Source: a virus
Taxonomy: Duplodnaviria; Heunggongvirae; Uroviricota; Caudoviricetes
Length of the DNA: 64,000 bases
Strand: one strand, 5' to 3'
IMG/VR virus record: IMGVR_UViG_2721755721_000001
Below the pieces are notes generated by a model, which ran no database searches, was not told the origin of the DNA, and was given only the letters and a program-made list of their open reading frames with translations. A program made the position numbers and the translations under genes. Shown here one piece after another: positions 28,955 to 38,238 of this stretch; position 1 is the stretch's first letter; each line of letters opens with the position of its first letter.

Positions 28955-29299
28955 ATGAAGAAAAAATACGAACTGGTTGTTAAAGGGATAAATAATTACC
29001 CGGATAAGATTACTGTTACTGTGGCACTGGAAATTGGTGGGTATCCGTCACTGTTGTTGCCAAATGTGGCGATTAGTCTTGACCGTACTGAAGGTGCCAC
29101 GCTGGAGTTTTACGAAGCGGAGGCGAAAAAGCAGGCGAAGCAGTTTTTCATGGATGTTGCTGCCGGGTTATGTGAAGGGGATGGTCCGTTGCCGGAAAAG
29201 CGGCCCATCATTTTAGAGGCGCAGGATGTGTTGATAACCTACAGAGGAAAACTACCGGGAATAATTACTGGTTCTCTGAAGACTCCACCGCTGGCCTGA
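28955..29299 (+). CDS. hypothetical protein (114 aa) between holin and endolysin
   Basis: ORF only; unusual position. Confidence 0.5.
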   Translation: MKKKYELVVKGINNYPDKITVTVALEIGGYPSLLLPNVAISLDRTEGATLEFYEAEAKKQAKQFFMDVAAGLCEGDGPLPEKRPIILEAQDVLITYRGKLPGIITGSLKTPPLA

Positions 29300-29349
29300 A
29301 GACTTAACATATCCAGGGATTTGAAATCGATAAACCCTGATAAATATCC

Positions 29350-29883
29350 ATGAACACCAAAATCAAATACGGCCTGTCGGCTGCCGTTCTGGCGCTGATT
29401 GCCGCAGGTGCGCCTGCGCCTGAAATCCTCGACCAGTTTCTGGATGAAAAGGAAGGTAACCACACCACGGCATACCGTGATGGCGCGGGTATCTGGACCA
29501 TCTGCCGCGGTGCCATCCTGGTGGATGGTAAACCTGTCGTTCCGGGCATGAAGTTGTCGAAGGAAAAATGCGACCAGGTTAACGCCATTGAACGTGATAA
29601 GGCGCTGGCATGGGTGGAGAAAAACATCAAAGTGCCACTGACCGAACCCCAGAAAGCGGGGATCGCGTCATTCTGTCCGTACAACATTGGTCCCGGTAAA
29701 TGTTTCCCGTCGACGTTTTACAGACGAATTAATGCAGGTGATCGCAGGGGAGCGTGTGAGGCGATTCGCTGGTGGATTAAGGACGGTGGCAGAGACTGCC
29801 GTATTCGCTCAAATAACTGTTACGGTCAGGTATCCCGTCGCGACCAGGAGAGTGCGCTGGCGTGCTGGGGAATTGACAGATAA
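29350..29883 (+). CDS. R: SAR endolysin (T4-type lysozyme, GH24)
   Basis: N-terminal SAR segment YGLSAAVLALIAAGAPA, E-x8-D-x5-T catalytic motif (EGNHTTAYRDGAGIWT). Confidence 0.9.
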   Translation: MNTKIKYGLSAAVLALIAAGAPAPEILDQFLDEKEGNHTTAYRDGAGIWTICRGAILVDGKPVVPGMKLSKEKCDQVNAIERDKALAWVEKNIKVPLTEPQKAGIASFCPYNIGPGKCFPSTFYRRINAGDRRGACEAIRWWIKDGGRDCRIRSNNCYGQVSRRDQESALACWGIDR

Positions 29884-29972
29884 GCAGAATATTTTGCTGA
29901 AAAATGCGGTTTGCTCACACGGACGGATAACACGAAATCCTGAGAACTGACAAAAACTAAGTGAATAAAAGT

Positions 29973-30010
29973 AAAAACCCCATTTGTTGGCTGCAAGCGG
30001 GGTTTTGTGT
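29973..30010 (+). terminator. putative rho-independent terminator after the endolysin (repeated at 34865-34903)
   Basis: aaaacccc...cggggtttt stem followed by a T-rich run. Confidence 0.4.
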
Positions 30011-30181
30011 TTCCTGACTCCGGAAAAGTCAAAGGAGAAAGTGTGTTTGATTTTAGCAAACTGATTCGGGAGATTCGAGTGATGGCTGAAAAATTATCCA
30101 CCTGGAAGTTCATCCTTATCTGGCTGGTGTTTGTGATTATGGCCTCCGGTTATTTCATCGGTCAGATACGCTGGTGGTGAA

Positions 30182-30676
30182 ATGAACCGCGTACTGTGCG
30201 TGGTCATCATTGCCCTGCTGGTGGCCTGTGGTGCGCTTAGTCTGGGGCTGAATCATTACCGTGATAACGCCATAACCTACAAAGAGCAGCGCGATAAAAA
30301 AGTCAGTGAGCTGGAGCTGGCAAATGCAACCATTACTGATATGCAGCAGCGCCAGCGTGATGTTGCTGCACTTGATGCCAGATACTCGAGGGAATTAGCC
30401 GATGCGAGAGCTGAAAATGAAACTCTTCGCGCTGACGTTGCCGCTGGTCACCGCAGCCTGCGGATCAACGCCACCTGTCCAGGTCCCGTGCGTGAAGCCA
30501 CCGGCACCGCCCGCGTGGATAATGCAACCGGCCCCCAACTGGCAGACACCGTTACACGGGATTATTTCACCCTCAGAGAGCGGCTGATGACGATGCAGAA
30601 GCAACTGGAAGGGGCACAGGACTATATCCGCACTCAGTGTACTAAGCAGGCTTTTTATTATCCGGAGGATGTATGA
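30182..30676 (+). CDS. Rz: Rz i-spanin
   Basis: N-terminal TM, coiled-coil; embedded Rz1 in +1 frame. Confidence 0.8.
   Translation: MNRVLCVVIIALLVACGALSLGLNHYRDNAITYKEQRDKKVSELELANATITDMQQRQRDVAALDARYSRELADARAENETLRADVAAGHRSLRINATCPGPVREATGTARVDNATGPQLADTVTRDYFTLRERLMTMQKQLEGAQDYIRTQCTKQAFYYPEDV
30402..30587 (+). CDS. Rz1: Rz1 o-spanin lipoprotein (embedded in Rz)
   Basis: Lipobox LVTAAC, proline-rich. Confidence 0.6.
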   Translation: MRELKMKLFALTLPLVTAACGSTPPVQVPCVKPPAPPAWIMQPAPNWQTPLHGIISPSESG

Positions 30677-30897
30677 AGAAATTACAGGTAACGGTAAAAC
30701 CTTTTCAGGGAACAATTCCGTTCCGTGTTTTGCAACATGGCCGTGTTCTGCTTGAAGAGGTGTTCAGAGGTAAATGCACTGAATGTTATTCACGAACATA
30801 TGAAGTGAATGCCACGCATGAAGAATTCACCGTTGAGTGTGTGATGAATACTGATAAATGCCGAATGGTATCCGCTGAATTACAGCCAGTGTGTTGA
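30673..30897 (+). CDS. hypothetical protein (74 aa) after Rz
   Basis: ORF coupled to the Rz stop; conserved in the second copy at 35756-35980. Confidence 0.45.
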   Translation: MKKLQVTVKPFQGTIPFRVLQHGRVLLEEVFRGKCTECYSRTYEVNATHEEFTVECVMNTDKCRMVSAELQPVC

Positions 30898-31256
30898 GCG
30901 ACCTTATTATCCATGCGCGGTATTGTCGCCGTATTCCTGCATTAACAGAGACCGCAGCCCGACAGGGCGACTCCTCTGCGGGAGTGTGCGGGGATAATCA
31001 AAAACGATACACACCGGGGTTTACCGCGTAAACGGAGCGCGGCGTTCTCCCCTCATGGTCGCCCGTCCGGTGCGATGGTGGAAGAAACTGGAATCTGTTC
31101 AATAAAAAAAACTGCCGTGTTGGAGTCACAGCAGTAATGTACTGATTGGGTAGAAGATTATTATTGTTATGCTTTATTCTTATTCTATATGGCTGATTAT
31201 TTGGTAACCGGCTCATTTAAACCGTCTGGTCTGTTTCCTCCGGCTCTACAAAAATA

Positions 31257-31934
31257 ATGTCCATCATTTTTAATGGACACTATCGTATGAAACACCGGAC
31301 CTGGATCACTGAAGCTTTACGTCTTCACTTTGAAGAACATTTACCCCGGGTTGTGGCCGGGCGTCGCCTGAGTGTACCAAAATCAACAGTTTGTAGTATG
31401 TTCGTGCGCTTTCGGAGAGCTGGCCTTTCGTGGCCTTTGCCCGCAGGCATGTCGGAGCAGGAACTTGATGCCTGCCTTTACGGACAATTTTCCACGGTAC
31501 CAGTCGTACGTCCTGAAAGCACCGTTATATCCGAAGCCCCCGTGGTAAAAAAACGTCCCCGGCGGCCCAACTTCCCTTATGAGTTTAAAATCGCCTTAGT
31601 GGAGCAGTCACTACAGCCCGGAGCCTGTGTGGCGCAGATCGCCCGGGAAAACGGAATCAACGATAACCTGCTCTTCAACTGGCGCCATCAATACCGGAAA
31701 GGTGGCCTGCTGCCTTCCGGAAAAAATATGCCGGCACTGCTTCCCGTGACGTTAACGCCGGAGCCGGATAATAAAATCCCGGCCCCCGCACAGGAACCAG
31801 AGCAGATAAATACACCGTCCGACAGTCTGTGTTGTGAGCTGGTTCTGCCGGCCGGAACTCTCAGGCTTAAAGGTAAACTGACGCCGGCGTTATTACAGAC
31901 ACTTATCCGCGAAATAAAAGGGAGCAGCCACTGA
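31257..31934 (+). CDS. tnpA: IS66-family accessory protein TnpA (orf1)
   Basis: First ORF of the IS66 triad. Confidence 0.7.
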   Translation: MSIIFNGHYRMKHRTWITEALRLHFEEHLPRVVAGRRLSVPKSTVCSMFVRFRRAGLSWPLPAGMSEQELDACLYGQFSTVPVVRPESTVISEAPVVKKRPRRPNFPYEFKIALVEQSLQPGACVAQIARENGINDNLLFNWRHQYRKGGLLPSGKNMPALLPVTLTPEPDNKIPAPAQEPEQINTPSDSLCCELVLPAGTLRLKGKLTPALLQTLIREIKGSSH

Positions 31935-32281
31935 TGATATCTCTCCCTGCAGGTTCGCGTATCTGGCTGGTTGCAGGTATCACCGATATGCGAAATGGCT
32001 TTAACGGCCTGGCATCAAAAGTTCAGAACGTCCTGAAGGATGACCCGTTCTCCGGACACCTGTTCATCTTCCGCGGACGCCGGGGTGACCAGATAAAAGT
32101 GTTGTGGGCTGACAGTGACGGACTGTGCCTCTTCACCAAACGCCTGGAGCGGGGCCGCTTCGTCTGGCCAGTCACCCGTGACGGCAAGGTGCACCTTACT
32201 CCGGCTCAGTTATCCATGCTTCTTGAAGGTATCAACTGGAAGCACCCGAAACGAACGGAACGCGCTGGAATCCGCATATAA
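31934..32281 (+). CDS. tnpB: IS66-family TnpB (orf2)
   Basis: 115 aa, ATGA overlap with orf1, typical IS66 orf2. Confidence 0.8.
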   Translation: MISLPAGSRIWLVAGITDMRNGFNGLASKVQNVLKDDPFSGHLFIFRGRRGDQIKVLWADSDGLCLFTKRLERGRFVWPVTRDGKVHLTPAQLSMLLEGINWKHPKRTERAGIRI

Positions 32282-32300
32282 CCCGTTGTAAAGTGAGGAT

Positions 32301-33872
32301 ATGGACACCTCACTTGCTCATGAGAACGCCCGCCTGCGGGCACTGTTGCAGACGCAACAGGACACCATCCGCCAGATGGCTGAATACAACCGCCTGCTCT
32401 CACAGCGGGTGGCGGCTTATGCTTCCGAAATCAACCGGCTGAAGGCGCTGGTTGCGAAACTGCAACGTATGCAGTTCGGTAAAAGCTCAGAAAAACTTCG
32501 TGCAAAAACCGAACGGCAGATACAGGAAGCACAGGAGCGAATCAGCGCACTTCAGGAAGAAATGGCGGAAACGCTGGGTGAGCAATATGACCCGGTACTG
32601 CCATCCGCCCTGCGCCAGTCTTCAGCCCGTAAACCGTTACCGGCCTCACTTCCCCGTGAAACCCGGGTTATCCGGCCGGAAGAGGAATGCTGTCCTGCCT
32701 GTGGTGGTGAACTCAGTTCTCTGGGATGTGATGTGTCAGAGCAACTGGAGCTTATCAGCAGCGCCTTTAAGGTTATCGAAACACAACGTCCGAAACAGGC
32801 CTGTTGCCGGTGCGACCATATCGTGCAGGCACCAGTACCTTCAAAACCCATTGCACGCAGTTATGCCGGAGCGGGGCTTCTGGCCCATGTTGTCACCGGG
32901 AAATATGCAGACCATCTGCCGTTATACCGCCAGTCAGAAATATACCGTCGTCAGGGAGTGGAGCTGAGCCGTGCCACACTGGGGCGCTGGACAGGTGCTG
33001 TTGCTGAACTGCTGGAGCCGCTGTATGACGTCCTGCGCCAGTATGTGCTGATGCCCGGTAAAGTCCATGCTGATGATATCCCCGTCCCGGTCCAGGAGCC
33101 GGGCAGCGGTAAAACCCGGACAGCCCGGCTGTGGGTCTACGTCCGTGATGACCGTAACGCCGGTTCACAGATGCCCCCGGCGGTCTGGTTCGCGTACAGT
33201 CCGGACCGGAAAGGTATCCATCCACAAAATCACCTGGCCGGTTACAGCGGTGTGCTTCAGGCCGATGCTTACGGTGGTTACCGGGCGTTATACGAATCCG
33301 GCAGAATAACGGAAGCCGCGTGTATGGCTCATGCCCGGAGAAAAATCCACGATGTGCATGCAAGAGCGCCCACCTACATCACCACGGAAGCCCTGCAGCG
33401 TATCGGTGAACTGTATGCCATCGAGGCAGAGGTCCGGGGCTGTTCAGCAGAACAGCGTCTGGCGGCAAGAAAAGCCAGAGCCGCGCCACTGATGCAGTCA
33501 CTGTATGACTGGATACAGCAACAGATGAAAACACTGTCGCGTCACTCAGATACGGCAAAAGCGTTCGCATACCTGCTGAAACAGTGGGATGCACTGAACG
33601 TGTACTGCAGTAATGGCTGGGTGGAAATCGACAACAACATCGCAGAGAACGCCTTACGGGGAGTGGCCGTAGGCCGGAAAAACTGGATGTTCGCGGGTTC
33701 CGACAGCGGTGGTGAACATGCGGCGGTGTTGTACTCGCTGATCGGCACATGCCGTCTGAACAATGTGGAGCCAGAAAAGTGGCTGCGTTACGTCATTGAA
33801 CATATCCAGGACTGGCCGGCAAACCGGGTACGCGATCTGTTGCCCTGGAAAGTTGATCTGAGCTCTCAGTAA
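32301..33872 (+). CDS. tnpC: IS66-family transposase (TnpC)
   Basis: 523 aa; leucine-zipper N-terminus, CPACGG/CCRCDH zinc-finger region, DDE-type core. Confidence 0.9.
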   Translation: MDTSLAHENARLRALLQTQQDTIRQMAEYNRLLSQRVAAYASEINRLKALVAKLQRMQFGKSSEKLRAKTERQIQEAQERISALQEEMAETLGEQYDPVLPSALRQSSARKPLPASLPRETRVIRPEEECCPACGGELSSLGCDVSEQLELISSAFKVIETQRPKQACCRCDHIVQAPVPSKPIARSYAGAGLLAHVVTGKYADHLPLYRQSEIYRRQGVELSRATLGRWTGAVAELLEPLYDVLRQYVLMPGKVHADDIPVPVQEPGSGKTRTARLWVYVRDDRNAGSQMPPAVWFAYSPDRKGIHPQNHLAGYSGVLQADAYGGYRALYESGRITEAACMAHARRKIHDVHARAPTYITTEALQRIGELYAIEAEVRGCSAEQRLAARKARAAPLMQSLYDWIQQQMKTLSRHSDTAKAFAYLLKQWDALNVYCSNGWVEIDNNIAENALRGVAVGRKNWMFAGSDSGGEHAAVLYSLIGTCRLNNVEPEKWLRYVIEHIQDWPANRVRDLLPWKVDLSSQ

Positions 33873-33902
33873 ATATCAATACGGTTCTGACGAGTCGCTT
33901 AC

Positions 33903-34193
33903 ATTACTGTTACTGTGGCACTGGAAATTGGTGGGTATCCGTCACTGTTGTTGCCTGATGTGGCGATTAGTCTTGACCGTACTGAAGGAGCCACGCTGGA
34001 GTTTTACGAAGCTGAGGCGAAAAAGCAGGCGAAGCAGTTTTTCATGGATGTTGCTGCCGGGTTATGTGAAGGGGATGGTCCGTTGCCGGAAAAGCGGCCC
34101 ATCATTTTAGAGGCGCAGGATGTGTTGATAACCTACAGAGGAAAACTACCGGGAATAATTACTGGTTCTCTGAAGACTCCACCGCTGGCCTGA
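33903..34193 (+). pseudogene. 5'-truncated second copy of the 114-aa holin-endolysin intergenic gene
   Basis: Homology to copy A resumes at 29009 = 33903, mid-gene, immediately after the IS66 right end. Confidence 0.7.
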
Positions 34194-34243
34194 AGACTTA
34201 ACATATCCAGGGATTTGAAATCGATAAACCCTGATAAATATCC

Positions 34244-34777
34244 ATGAACACCAAAATCAGATACGGCCTGTCGGCTGCCGTTCTGGCGCTGATTGCCGCA
34301 GGTGCGCCTGCGCCTGAAATCCTCGACCAGTTTCTGGATGAAAAGGAAGGTAACCACACCACGGCATACCGTGATGGCGCGGGTATCTGGACCATCTGCC
34401 GCGGTGCCATTCTGGTGGATAGTAAACCTGTCGTCCCGGGCATGAAGTTGTCGAAGGAGAAATGCGACCAGGTTAACGCCATTGAACGTGATAAGGCGCT
34501 GGCATGGGTGGAGAAAAACATCAAAGTGCCACTGACCGAACCCCAGAAAGCGGGGATCGCGTCATTCTGTCCGTACAACATTGGTCCCGGTAAGTGTTTC
34601 CCGTCGACGTTTTATAAACGAATTAATGCAGGTGATCGCAGGGGAGCGTGTGAGGCGATTCGCTGGTGGATTAAGGACGGTGGCAGAGACTGCCGTATTC
34701 GTTCAAACAACTGCTACGGTCAGGTATCCCGTCGTGACCAGGAGAGCGCGCTGGCGTGCTGGGGTATCGACAGATAA
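34244..34777 (+). CDS. R: SAR endolysin, second (divergent) copy
   Basis: 177 aa, 3 substitutions versus copy A. Confidence 0.85.
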   Translation: MNTKIRYGLSAAVLALIAAGAPAPEILDQFLDEKEGNHTTAYRDGAGIWTICRGAILVDSKPVVPGMKLSKEKCDQVNAIERDKALAWVEKNIKVPLTEPQKAGIASFCPYNIGPGKCFPSTFYKRINAGDRRGACEAIRWWIKDGGRDCRIRSNNCYGQVSRRDQESALACWGIDR

Positions 34778-35258
34778 GCAGAATATTTTGCTGAAAAATA
34801 AAGCATGGCCACGCGGGCGGATAACATGAAATCCTGCGAACTGGCGAAACGTAAGTGAATAAAAGTAAAAACCCCGTTTGTTGGCACCAAGCGGGGTTTT
34901 GTGTTTCTGACCTTGAGTAAGGCAAGGGAGAACATGGCGAAGTATAAACGAATTCTGTTGAGGTTGACCATGAAAAACGGCCTTGAACTGAAAGCGCCTG
35001 TAACTGATGACATCAGCAGAGCACTGGCTTTTGCCATTAAGTGGGTGGCGGTCGGTGTTGCTGTGTCCCCGATGCTGTATGGGCTGGCAAAACTGGTCAT
35101 TGCGTTGAAATCGTGAAGGGAGGATTAAGCATGTCAGACAAACTCATAACGCTGGCGAAGATCCTCTGTGTAATTGTCGGCATTTCATTTTCACTAATGC
35201 TGGTTGCTCTTTTTCTTTCCATGGCCTGGATGATGTTGTCTTCGTCGGGGCTGCTGGG

Positions 35259-35759
35259 GTGAACATAAACCGAATGCTTTCCGCGTTTATCGTTATTCTG
35301 CTGGTGGCCTGTGGTGCGCTGTGGATGGCAACAGACCATTACCGTGATAACGCGATTACCTACAAAGCGCAGCGCGATAACAAAGCCAGTGAACTGAAGC
35401 TGGCGAACGCAACCATTACTGATATGCAGGTGCGCCAGCGCGATGTTGCTGCGCTCGATGCAAAATACTCGAGGGAATTAGCCGATGCGAGAGCTGAAAA
35501 TGAAACTCTTCGCGCTGACGTTGCCGCTGGTCGTAAGCGCCTGCGGATCAACGCCACCTGTCCAGGCTCCGTGCGTGAAGCCCCCACCACCTCCGGCGTG
35601 GATAATGCAACCGGCCCCCGACTGGCAGACACCGCTGAACGGGATTATTTCATCCTCAGAGAACGGTTGATGACAATGCAGAAGCAGCTGGAAGGGGCGC
35701 AGGAATATATCCGCACTCAGTGCACTAAGCTGGCTTTTTATTATCCGGAGGATATATGA
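35259..35759 (+). CDS. Rz: Rz i-spanin, second copy (divergent N-terminus)
   Basis: 166 aa; embedded Rz1 at 35485-35670. Confidence 0.8.
   Translation: MNINRMLSAFIVILLVACGALWMATDHYRDNAITYKAQRDNKASELKLANATITDMQVRQRDVAALDAKYSRELADARAENETLRADVAAGRKRLRINATCPGSVREAPTTSGVDNATGPRLADTAERDYFILRERLMTMQKQLEGAQEYIRTQCTKLAFYYPEDI
35485..35670 (+). CDS. Rz1: Rz1 o-spanin lipoprotein, second copy
   Basis: Lipobox LVVSAC, Pro-rich. Confidence 0.6.
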   Translation: MRELKMKLFALTLPLVVSACGSTPPVQAPCVKPPPPPAWIMQPAPDWQTPLNGIISSSENG

Positions 35760-35980
35760 AGAAATTACTGGTAACCGTAAAGCCTTTTCAGGGAACAATT
35801 CTGTTCCGTATTTTGCAGCGTGGTCGTGTTCTTGTTGAAGGTTCGTTCAGTGGTAAATGTACGCAATTACACTCCCGGACCTTTCAGGTGAATGCCACGA
35901 ATGAAGAGCTAACCGTTGAGTGTACGATGAATGCCGCTAAATGCCGCATGGTATCCGCTGCATTACAGCCAGTGTGTTGA
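35756..35980 (+). CDS. hypothetical protein (74 aa), second copy
   Basis: Paralogue of 30673-30897. Confidence 0.45.
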   Translation: MKKLLVTVKPFQGTILFRILQRGRVLVEGSFSGKCTQLHSRTFQVNATNEELTVECTMNAAKCRMVSAALQPVC

Positions 35981-36312
35981 GCGACCTTATTATCCATGCG
36001 CGGTATTGTCGCCGTATTCCCGCATTAACAGAGACCGCAGCCCGACCGGGAGACTCCTCTTCGCGAGTGTGCGGGGATAATCAAAAACGATACACACCGG
36101 GGTTTACCGCGTTAACGGAGCGCGGCGTTGCCCCTCATAGTCGCCTGTCCGGTGCGATGGTGGAAGAAGCCGGACGATGTGTTACCTCGCAAGCCCTGTT
36201 ATGTGTCTGATTTGTGATTTAAGTCGGATAATTGTCGTTGCCATCAAGCAGAGGATTGATGACCGACAGGGTGGCATTGTTAGAATAAGACTTATTCTTA
36301 TCTGTGCCGGGA

Positions 36313-36645
36313 ATGAAAATGAAAAGAAATCTTCCGTTAATTATTTTGTTGTCTTCTCTGGTTATGGGCTGTACGCAACATAAAACAGATATGCCCCGAC
36401 AATTGGTGAAGGCATTACCACAATATCCGGCCTATGCAGCGGCAAATTATATAAAGGGACGGGTTGATGTGAAGTTTGATATTGGTGCTGATGGTACTGT
36501 CACCCGAATTGAGTTTATCCGTTCAGAGCCGCACCATCTGTTTGATGAGCAGGTTGTAAAGGCGATGGCAAAATGGCGATTTGAGAAGGACAGGCCGCGT
36601 AAAGGCGTGAAGAAAACGTTTATCTTTAGTCCTTCTGCACCCTGA
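36313..36645 (+). CDS. lipoprotein with TonB C-terminal-like domain
   Basis: Signal peptide plus lipobox LVMGC; YPAYAAANYIKGRVDVKFDIGADGTVTRIEFIRSEP...FDEQVVKAMAKWRFE resembles the TonB_C fold motif. Confidence 0.6.
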   Translation: MKMKRNLPLIILLSSLVMGCTQHKTDMPRQLVKALPQYPAYAAANYIKGRVDVKFDIGADGTVTRIEFIRSEPHHLFDEQVVKAMAKWRFEKDRPRKGVKKTFIFSPSAP

Positions 36646-36776
36646 TTATTTCATCAGAAATTAATTATCACTCTGTTGTTATTCTGTACATCCCGGCTGG
36701 GTAAGTCTTGTTCCGCCGGGTATGAAGATGAAATATTGTTGGAGGACAGTGGGTACCTGCTCCTGTAACCGAACGT

Positions 36777-36977
36777 TCATTTCTCGTTATTTGTCATGCT
36801 GGCCGTACGCAGATGCGTTGCATCTGTTGCCAGCCTTCTCCTGCAGGCTTCAATAACCCACGCTGAAAAGTTACCGGACCCTTTATGCTCAAGGGCGATG
36901 TTGATCTGTTCAATCATCTGGTTTGGAAATCGGATGTTGCGGGTTGTTGTTCTGCGGGGCCGGTTTTTCGATGACAT
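36777..36977 (-). CDS. ylcI: YlcI/YnfO-family prophage protein
   Basis: MSSKNRPRRTTTRNIRFPNQMIEQINIALEHKGSGNFSAWVIEACRRRL. Confidence 0.7.
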   Translation of the reverse strand: MSSKNRPRRTTTRNIRFPNQMIEQINIALEHKGSGNFSAWVIEACRRRLATDATHLRTASMTNNEK

Positions 36978-37018
36978 TTTCTTTCCTCTGGTGACAAGCT
37001 ATATGGCGAGGATTTTAC

Positions 37019-37384
37019 ATGGCTGTGCTTCGTACGTTACCGGGCAGAATCAAAACTCTGAACACCCGGCGGGTGAATGTCCTGAAGGGTGAACAGCGTC
37101 GTGTCAGTGGCAGTGCACGTGTTTCCCTCAAGCGTCATATCTGGCTCAGGGATGCCGGGCAGTGCTGTCTCTGTGGTCGTGTGGTTGACCTCTGTGACAG
37201 TGAACTCGATCACCGAATTGCACTTCAGTTCGGTGGTGGTAATGAGGAGACGAATCTCTGGACGCTCTGTACCGAATGCCATCGACAAAAGTCTGCTCGT
37301 GAAGCGGCGGGTGGTATGCCGGACCCGACGCTGCCGGAGGTGTCCGGAGGTCATGGCAGGGCAGACGATATCATCGGACTGTGA
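37019..37384 (+). CDS. HNH endonuclease (terminase-associated)
   Basis: CCLCG...DHRIALQFGG...NLWTLCTECHRQK HNH motif; upstream of terS. Confidence 0.8.
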   Translation: MAVLRTLPGRIKTLNTRRVNVLKGEQRRVSGSARVSLKRHIWLRDAGQCCLCGRVVDLCDSELDHRIALQFGGGNEETNLWTLCTECHRQKSAREAAGGMPDPTLPEVSGGHGRADDIIGL

Positions 37385-37476
37385 CCCGCCCCGGGGGGGG
37401 GATCATCCGGCGAAAAAAACGATCGCTCCGGACACCGCCCCCCCTCTCATGCAGAGAAAAAATTCCTGTTTCAGGG

Positions 37477-37604
37477 CAGTTAACATGTTAACTGGCTGCC
37501 CGGGCATTTTTGCGGTTTTTATCTTTATTATTCAGTTTGTTGTGCGAAAAAAATGTTAACTGGCTTTTTCAGCAAATGTTAACCAAGCAGCAGTTAACAT
37601 TTGC
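37477..37604. repeat. cluster of TGTTAAC-centred palindromes in the HNH-terS intergenic region (putative cos/terminase recognition)
   Basis: cagttaacatgttaactg (18-bp perfect palindrome), aaatgttaactggc, gcaaatgttaac-N9-gttaacatttgc; a G9 tract lies at 37393-37401. Confidence 0.5.
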
Positions 37605-37674
37605 GGCATGAGACGCCGGGAAAAATGGGCTGAACCATACCCGGCTGAGTGCGTTCTGGACCCGGGAGGAGGCT

Positions 37675-38238
37675 GTGCTGACAACGCAAAAACGAAAATT
37701 TGCGCTGGCGCTCATGTCCGGGAAAAACAAAACAGCGTCAGCCATTGCCGCCGGTTATTCGGCGAAGACCGCCAGGGTTAAAGGCTCGCAGCTGGCAAAA
37801 GATCCGGAGGTGCTCGCGTTTATAGCCCGTAAACAGTGCGAGACGGTGGAGGTGGATGAGGTTCCTGTTTACCGGCAGAAAAAATCAGAGCAGGAGGATA
37901 AACCCCGTCGCCGTGAGGTGGCTGCAATACCACAGCCGGACGAAAACAATCCGGAGATGCCACCGTCCGCGGTGATGTCTCCTGGTATTGAATATATGGA
38001 GGATGGTCTTCCCGATCCGGTGAAAGCCATGGGGCGGATCCTGGTGGAAAACCTCTGCATTGATCCGAAACTGGCACTGGATGCGGCCTGGCGTCTGGCG
38101 CAGTTCACGCACCATAAAAAAGGCGATGCCGGTAAAAAATCGGCAAAAGGTGATGCCGCGAAAAAAGCGGCTAACCGTTTTGCGGTGCCACCACCTCCCC
38201 GGCTGGTGGTGAATAACCAGAATGAGGAAAGCGGATGA
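37675..38238 (+). CDS. terminase small subunit (P27/HK97-like)
   Basis: MLTTQKRKFALALMSGKNKTASAIAAGYSAKTARVKGSQLAK... Confidence 0.8.
   Translation: MLTTQKRKFALALMSGKNKTASAIAAGYSAKTARVKGSQLAKDPEVLAFIARKQCETVEVDEVPVYRQKKSEQEDKPRRREVAAIPQPDENNPEMPPSAVMSPGIEYMEDGLPDPVKAMGRILVENLCIDPKLALDAAWRLAQFTHHKKGDAGKKSAKGDAAKKAANRFAVPPPPRLVVNNQNEESG

Larger units (their letters stand above)
31204..33902 (+). mobile_element. IS66-family insertion sequence (about 2.7 kb, three ORFs)
   Basis: tnpA/tnpB/tnpC-like ORF triad; right end ...gagtcgcttac (inverse of GTAAGCG); left end inferred at gtaaccggctc; flanks are two divergent copies of the lysis cassette. Confidence 0.8.
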
